NCBI GenBank assembly: GCA_016182335.1
Contig: JACOXK010000058.1
Span: 1-32,000, forward strand
Source of the DNA: Deltaproteobacteria bacterium
GTDB lineage: Bacteria > Bdellovibrionota > JACOXK01
DNA: 32,000 nt
Reading direction: 5' to 3'
Numbering within the stretch: the first letter of the stretch is position 1; each line of letters opens with the position of its first letter. Shown one piece after another: positions 26,616 through 32,000 of the stretch. The position numbers and the translations under genes are program-made. The notes beneath the pieces were generated by a model that saw nothing but the letters and a program-made list of their open reading frames with translations, ran no database searches and had not been told where the DNA came from.

Positions 26616-27842
26616 CTAAAATATTTCTTTCATCCAGTTTGACATCACAGATTTCACTTTTCCATAAATATTGTCTTCACGAATTCTAAAAAGTGGACTT
26701 TGCTGATTTTTTGCCCCATAAAACACAAGTCCAACTCCTGTTGAATAAATCGGACTACTGACAATGTCAGTTAATCCCCCAATGTGTTGAGGCAGCCCTC
26801 TCTTAACAGGTAAGTCAAAGATGTATTCTGCTAACTCCGTTGTCCCTTGGAGAAGGGTAGACCCCCCAGTGATGACAATTCCAGAAGCAAGAAGTTCTTC
26901 ATAACCACTTTTAACAATTTCTCTTTGAACAAGAGCAAAAATCTCTTCTACACGTGGCTCAATCACTTCTGTCAGGGCTTTTCGAGACACACTTCTTGGC
27001 TTTCGTCCTCCGACAGTAGGAACTTCGATGATTTCATCCTTATCCACCATGGACAACATGGCGCAACCGTATTGACATTTAATTTTTTCAGCAGAAGCAG
27101 TAGGTGTTCTTAAACCTACAGCAATGTCGTTTGTCAGATGGTTGCCACCTAAAGACAGAACTGCTGTGTGCACAATGCTTCCTTCAGAAAATATGGCAAT
27201 ATCGGTTGTTCCTCCGCCAATGTCCACCATAGCTACCCCTAATTCTTTTTCATCTTGAGAAAGTACTGCTTCACTTGAAGCAATTTGTTGAAGGACAATA
27301 TCAATGACATTTAAGCCAGTTCGATTAGCACATTTAATAATGTTTTGGGCTGAGGAAACAGCAGCTGTGACTATATGAACTTTTGCTTCAAGGCGAACCC
27401 CACTCATTCCTAAAGGCTCTTTGATTCCGTCCTGATCATCAATGATATATTCTTGAGGGATGATGTGGATAACTTCTCTATCTAACGGGATAGCAACTGC
27501 TTTGGCGGCATCAATCACCCTTTGAACATCTGCTTTTTTAACTTCTTTCTCTTTGACAGCAACAATACCGTGGCTATTGAAGCCCTTAATATGGCCACCG
27601 GCTATTCCGCAATAAATGGAAGAAATTTCACACCCTGCCGTTAGTTCTGCCTCGTCAATCGCTTTTCGGATGGATTCAACCGTACTCTCGATGTTGATGA
27701 CGACACCTTTTCTCAAACCATGAGAGGGACTTGTTCCGACACCGACGATGTTAACACCTTTATCAGTCAGCTCTCCAACTATGGCGCAAATTTTAGTGGT
27801 TCCTATGTCGAGTCCGACAATCAACTCATCTTTTTTCCCCAT
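26616..27842 (-). CDS. ftsA: Cell division protein FtsA
   Basis: ELIVGLDIGTTKICAIVGE, VDIGGGTTDIAIFSEG, GIVITGGSTLLQGTTELAE. Confidence 0.97.
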   Translation of the reverse strand: MGKKDELIVGLDIGTTKICAIVGELTDKGVNIVGVGTSPSHGLRKGVVINIESTVESIRKAIDEAELTAGCEISSIYCGIAGGHIKGFNSHGIVAVKEKEVKKADVQRVIDAAKAVAIPLDREVIHIIPQEYIIDDQDGIKEPLGMSGVRLEAKVHIVTAAVSSAQNIIKCANRTGLNVIDIVLQQIASSEAVLSQDEKELGVAMVDIGGGTTDIAIFSEGSIVHTAVLSLGGNHLTNDIAVGLRTPTASAEKIKCQYGCAMLSMVDKDEIIEVPTVGGRKPRSVSRKALTEVIEPRVEEIFALVQREIVKSGYEELLASGIVITGGSTLLQGTTELAEYIFDLPVKRGLPQHIGGLTDIVSSPIYSTGVGLVFYGAKNQQSPLFRIREDNIYGKVKSVMSNWMKEIF

Positions 27843-27913
27843 TTATGCTCCTTAAAAAAATTATACTGGGAACTCTCACAAGCTAGGCACTATTCACCTA
27901 TTCTAATCTCAGG

Positions 27914-28780
27914 TTATGACCTTTTGCGGACTTTTACAACCACATTTTTTTTGAAATTAAGATCAATCTCCGAAGCAATGATATTTCGCTTCTGCAGATC
28001 TTCACAGACTTTTTCTAGACGTGTCAATTTCTTGACGAAATCATCAATTCCCAATTTAATACGAGTGGAATGGGGAAGACTCACAACCATTAACCCTTTG
28101 GATTCCTGAAGGTGAATTTCGGATATTTTTGATGCATTCAAATAAAAACTCTGAGAGGTATTTTTGAGGAGCCACAAAGCCTTTTCAAAATATTGCATTT
28201 CTTCTTCACCCGAGGCAGAGCTTGTAATAACGGGATAGTTTAAGCCTTCTTCAGAAGCGACCTTCTTAATCATCTCGCCTCGTAGATCAATATAGTAAAG
28301 TTCTTTACCTTTTTTTAGGACACTTAGTATTTTTTTTTCTTCTATTTGTACTTTTAATTTATGTGGTAGAATTCTATAGATTTCTACCTTAAGAACCCAT
28401 GGGTTTTGGAGGATTTTCGTTTCAACCTCTTTTAAGTTCAGAGATAAAATATTGACAGTGGGAGTCAATCCAGCCAGTTCAAGAACGGTTTCACGAGAGA
28501 CCTTCTGAATTTTATTAATTTCAATCGATTCCAAGCTAAAGAGCGGGGTTGTGATAATGAAGTGGTATCCAAAATAGAAGAAACTTATGAAAACAAAAAA
28601 AATAAAAGAAGCCCCTGCGGTGGCAATGCAGGTTTTAAAAATTCTCCGTCGTCTTTTTTTCTGCTCTTCTATGCTTTTTACTTTTTTATTTTTTTTAAAT
28701 TTTTTTAAAAAAAGACCATTTCTTGCTTTAATGTCCCTTCCCCTTTTGAGGTCTTTATTTTTTTTTTTAAAGAAAGCCAT
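27914..28780 (-). CDS. ftsQ: Cell division protein FtsQ (POTRA domain)
   Basis: N-terminal basic region + TM, FSLESIEINKIQKVSRETVLELAGL (POTRA), position between ddl and ftsA. Confidence 0.88.
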   Translation of the reverse strand: MAFFKKKNKDLKRGRDIKARNGLFLKKFKKNKKVKSIEEQKKRRRRIFKTCIATAGASFIFFVFISFFYFGYHFIITTPLFSLESIEINKIQKVSRETVLELAGLTPTVNILSLNLKEVETKILQNPWVLKVEIYRILPHKLKVQIEEKKILSVLKKGKELYYIDLRGEMIKKVASEEGLNYPVITSSASGEEEMQYFEKALWLLKNTSQSFYLNASKISEIHLQESKGLMVVSLPHSTRIKLGIDDFVKKLTRLEKVCEDLQKRNIIASEIDLNFKKNVVVKVRKRS

Positions 28781-28782
28781 GA

Positions 28783-29712
28783 TTAAAGATCGACAGATCT
28801 AAGAATTTCTTCAACAAGCTTGATAAAACTTAAGCCAAACTCTTTGGCAGCCTTGGGTACAAGGCTTGTCTCCGTCATTCCTGGTAATGTGTTAATCTCT
28901 AAAAACCAAGCCTTGTTATTTTTATCTACAATAAAGTCAGATCTAGCAGCTCCTCTGCACCTAAGAATGTCATAGGCCTTTAAACTAGTGTTCTGTATTT
29001 TCTGAGTGATCGATTTTGAAAGAGGAGCGGGGCAGAGATATTCAGTTTGGCCTTTTGTATATTTAGATTTGTAATCATAAAAACCGCTTTTGGGCTTAAT
29101 TTCAATGAGAGGAAGAGACTTTCCATTAAGAACAGAAGCCGTAATTTCCTTACCTGAAATAAAACCTTCTACAAGAACGCATGAATCAAATTTTTGAGCC
29201 ACCATAAGAGCATTTTTTAATTGTGAAAACTTTTTAATAATAGAAATACCCACAGTAGAACCTTGGGCATCTGGTTTAACAATGACCGGGGGTTTGAGAG
29301 ATAGTTTTTTCATGAATGAATCAACTTTTTCTTTAGAAGAATCCCAAAGTATAAAAGTTGGCGTCAAAATACCTTCTTTTTGGACAACCATTTTGGTCCA
29401 GGATTTAACCATGCATAAAGAAGAAGAGGCTACATGAGATCCCGTATAAGGAATTTTTAACATTTCACAAGCGCTTTGAACAACACCATCTTCTCCCCAG
29501 GTGCCATGAAGGGCATTAAAAATAATATCAATTTTTGCTTTTTGTAGAGTTTCAATAATATTATCTTGAACTTCAAGAAATTGAACTTGATAACTTTTTG
29601 ATTTCAAGGCTTCGAATACAGCCTTACCTGTTTTTAATGAGATCTCTTTTTCACTTGAGATACCGCCAGCCAAAACACCAATTCTTTTTTTACGTAATTG
29701 AGTTAACTCCAT
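28783..29712 (-). CDS. ddl: D-alanine--D-alanine ligase
   Basis: GVLAGGISSEKEISLKTG, VKPDAQGSTVGISI, RGAARSDFIVDKNNKAWFLEINTLPGMTETSLVPKAA. Start MELTQLRKK at 29712. Confidence 0.95.
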   Translation of the reverse strand: MELTQLRKKRIGVLAGGISSEKEISLKTGKAVFEALKSKSYQVQFLEVQDNIIETLQKAKIDIIFNALHGTWGEDGVVQSACEMLKIPYTGSHVASSSLCMVKSWTKMVVQKEGILTPTFILWDSSKEKVDSFMKKLSLKPPVIVKPDAQGSTVGISIIKKFSQLKNALMVAQKFDSCVLVEGFISGKEITASVLNGKSLPLIEIKPKSGFYDYKSKYTKGQTEYLCPAPLSKSITQKIQNTSLKAYDILRCRGAARSDFIVDKNNKAWFLEINTLPGMTETSLVPKAAKEFGLSFIKLVEEILRSVDL

Positions 29713-30560
29713 ATTTTGACCTCTTCCTCCAGAGTAACACCACATTTTTCCTGTACGGTTTTTTTTGCAAGAGAAATAAGAGATATAATATCATCAAAGC
29801 GAGCCCCCCCCTTATTGATAATAAAGTTTGCGTGAAGATTAGAAATTTGGGCATGTCCCATGCGAGTTCCTTTAAGCCCAGCCTGATCAATGAGCTGTCC
29901 GGCACTGACGGGTGTTGGGTTTTTGAAAATACAACCACAATTAGAGTGACTTACAGGCTGAGTTTCTTGTCTGTGTTTTAAAATGGATTGAATAGTTTTA
30001 GAAACATTCTCCTTTGTGTTTTTTTTCAATTTAAACACACCCTCTAAAAACACGGCACCTGTGGGTACATGTACTGAGCGGTATCCAAAACCCACTTTTT
30101 CCTTTGGGAGTTTTTCAAGTTTTCCTTGGGGGAATAGAATTAAGATTTCCTCGGTCATTGTGCCAAAGTCCCCTAAGGGTGTTCCAGCGTTCATGGCCAG
30201 CCCTCCGCCTATGTTGCCAGGAATGCCAGCGCAAAATTCCATACCTGAAAACCCAAGATCTTTGCAAAAAGATAAAAAACTAAATTTTGAAATAGATGCA
30301 GACGCTTGGATCCAAACTTCCTGTTCTGTTTCTTTAACAACTTTAAGAATTTTAGGTAAACGATCAAGTTTAATCACGGTTGCTGCTACACCTTCATCAG
30401 GGGCAAGCACATTGCTTCCCCCTCCTAAAAGATAATAATGGGGAGAATGATAGATGAAATTTGCAAGTTCTTGATAAGAAGTCGGATAAAAAAACGAGCT
30501 AGGTTTTCCACCAACTCGCATAGTAGTCATTTCGCAAAGGCGCCCATTTTTTTTAATCAT
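29703..30560 (-). CDS. murB: UDP-N-acetylmuramate dehydrogenase (MurB)
   Basis: TMRVGGKPSSFFYP, LLGGGSNVL, GMEFCAGIPGNIGGGLAMNAG, SNCGCIFKNPTPVSAGQLIDQAGLKG. Confidence 0.95.
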   Translation of the reverse strand: MIKKNGRLCEMTTMRVGGKPSSFFYPTSYQELANFIYHSPHYYLLGGGSNVLAPDEGVAATVIKLDRLPKILKVVKETEQEVWIQASASISKFSFLSFCKDLGFSGMEFCAGIPGNIGGGLAMNAGTPLGDFGTMTEEILILFPQGKLEKLPKEKVGFGYRSVHVPTGAVFLEGVFKLKKNTKENVSKTIQSILKHRQETQPVSHSNCGCIFKNPTPVSAGQLIDQAGLKGTRMGHAQISNLHANFIINKGGARFDDIISLISLAKKTVQEKCGVTLEEEVKIWS

Positions 30561-31914
30561 TTTCTAAAAATTTTTCTCCAACTGTAAAGATATTGCCGGC
30601 GCCTAGAGTGAGAAGCACGTCCCCGGGTTTTACCATAGTTTTAAGAAGAATGGGTATTTTTGATAACAAAGCTTCATAGAAGACCTCAACCCCTTGTTTG
30701 CGTATTTGCGCAGCTAGTTTCTCAGCAGAAACTCCGCTGATAGGAGACTCGCTAGCCGCATAAATATCAGTTAAAATTAATAGATTAGTCTCTCTAAAAC
30801 ACTTAACAAATTCACTGAATAAGGCTTTTGTTCTCGTGTAACGGTGGGGTTGAAAAACCGTTATCAGTCTTCGATTGGGCCAGCATCTTTTGCAAGCAGA
30901 TAAAGTTGCCTGAATCTCGCTCGGATGGTGTCCATAATCATCCAGAACAAGAACATTATTTTTTTCACCCTTGCGATGGAATCGGCGCTCAACACCTGAA
31001 AACTCAAGCAGTGCTTTTTGAATATCAGATATTGATATATTGAGCTCTCTAGCTGCAGCAATGGCAGCAAGACAATTGAGGACATTATGTTCTCCGCTTA
31101 AGGGAGTTTTTATTCGAGCTAGTTTTCGGCCCTGAAATTCGCAATCAAATTCGGTCGATGATTCAGAAAAAGAAAGATGCGTTGCCCGATAATCGTTCTC
31201 CAGACTCAACCCATAGCGTATAATTTTCCTTTGAACGTTGGGAAGAATGTCTCTTATGTTTTTATCTTCAGAGCAGACAATAACGCTTCCTTCGGGTGAT
31301 ACTTTCAACAAAAAGTCGGTAAAAGCTCTTTTGATATGAGGCAGATCCTTATAAAAATCTGCATGTTCAAAATCGATATTAGTGACAATGGCATGAAGAG
31401 GAGAAAGCCTTAGAAAAGAGCCATCACTTTCATCAGCTTCGGCGACCAAATAATCGCCATGACCCAGTTTGGCATTCGAGCCTAATCCACGGACTCTTCC
31501 CCCAATAATAGCTGTAGGGTCAAAGCCAGCACTTTCTAAAATCATTGCAACGAGGGAAGAGGTCGTTGTTTTTCCATGAGCGCCTCCCACAACAATCGAC
31601 TTTTTAGATTTTGATAAATCAGCAAGTAATTGACCGCGGGTAAGAATGGGAAGCCGATATTCTTTTGCGCATATCAGCTCAGGATTATCAGAGTGTATTG
31701 CCGAAGATATAACAACTATATCAGTATCTTTTGGAACATGGGAAGCTGCGTGACCTTCAAAAATCTTGGCTCCTAAACCTTGCAATCTTTGCGTTAAAGG
31801 AGTGAGTTTTGCATCTGATCCGCAAACTTGATGACCTAAGTTTAGCAGAACCTCGGCCAGTCCGCTCATGCCAATACCGCCGATGCCTATGAAGTGATAT
31901 TTTTTCTTATGCAT
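30553..31914 (-). CDS. murC: UDP-N-acetylmuramate--L-alanine ligase (MurC)
   Basis: HFIGIGGIGMSGLAEVL, GAHGKTTTSSLVAMI, EADESDGSFLRLSP, DDYGHHPSEIQATL, FQPHRYTRT. Confidence 0.97.
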   Translation of the reverse strand: MHKKKYHFIGIGGIGMSGLAEVLLNLGHQVCGSDAKLTPLTQRLQGLGAKIFEGHAASHVPKDTDIVVISSAIHSDNPELICAKEYRLPILTRGQLLADLSKSKKSIVVGGAHGKTTTSSLVAMILESAGFDPTAIIGGRVRGLGSNAKLGHGDYLVAEADESDGSFLRLSPLHAIVTNIDFEHADFYKDLPHIKRAFTDFLLKVSPEGSVIVCSEDKNIRDILPNVQRKIIRYGLSLENDYRATHLSFSESSTEFDCEFQGRKLARIKTPLSGEHNVLNCLAAIAAARELNISISDIQKALLEFSGVERRFHRKGEKNNVLVLDDYGHHPSEIQATLSACKRCWPNRRLITVFQPHRYTRTKALFSEFVKCFRETNLLILTDIYAASESPISGVSAEKLAAQIRKQGVEVFYEALLSKIPILLKTMVKPGDVLLTLGAGNIFTVGEKFLEND

Positions 31915-32000
31915 TCTAATATTTTTTGTGAAGATTCACTCCAATTTAAGTCGCCAAATGCTTGCTTCATTTTTTCTAAACTATGTTCGTAGGTCATCAA
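31887..32000 (-). CDS. murG: C-terminal end of the upstream dcw gene, probably MurG (partial)
   Basis: Open frame LMTYEHSLEKMKQAFGDLNWSESSQKILECIRKNITS* overlapping the murC start; assignment rests on the usual gene order. Confidence 0.5.
   Translation of the reverse strand: MMTYEHSLEKMKQAFGDLNWSESSQKILECIRKNITS

Noticed and set aside
30016-30435. 139-aa plus-strand ORF opposite murB
   Set aside because: Antisense shadow of the murB frame, Pro/Ser rich without domain support.
1-32000. CRISPR arrays, tRNA/rRNA genes, transposases, integrases, toxin-antitoxin pairs or anti-phage defence modules
   Set aside because: None could be supported by eye; the only notable long repeat pair is the 90-bp duplication flanking the central block. 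A cmscan/tRNAscan/Infernal run would be decisive for RNA genes.

Overview
The window looks like a chromosomal segment from a Bdellovibrio/Myxococcus-type (delta-proteobacterial-like) bacterium; this is inferred from gene content only. Left part: 3' end of a coiled-coil ORF, an ETHE1-like MBL hydrolase, lon, a disrupted PilZ gene, dps, and an acyl-CoA carboxylase (CT, BC, BCCP) + methylmalonyl-CoA mutase large-subunit operon. Right part: a TPR gene and an S8 (subtilisin-like) protease, a glycosyltransferase, and a dcw cluster on the minus strand (murG 3' end, murC, murB, ddl, ftsQ, ftsA, ftsZ). The centre (about 9.69-21.54 kb) is the most interesting region. It holds two divergent, tightly packed transcription units encoding a MotA/MotB-type stator, a membrane-anchored protein with a FliG-C-like domain, a TPR lipoprotein, a CsgG/FlgO-like protein with a barrel-like C-terminus, three paralogous VWA-like proteins with progressively lost MIDAS motifs, a secreted propeller-like protein, an outer-membrane barrel protein, a secreted TPR-like protein, and an inner-membrane protein with an AgmX/PglI (GltG/GltJ)-type C-terminal domain. 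No flagellar filament, rod or export genes are seen. The block is bracketed by 90-bp direct repeats (88/90 identical). These duplicate the 3' end of the adjacent TPR gene and suggest cassette insertion at, and restoration of, that gene's 3' end. Other signals: a PilZ gene with a frame-shifting internal deletion and a sigma-54-promoter/hairpin/terminator layout suggesting a small RNA at about 24.18-24.29 kb.
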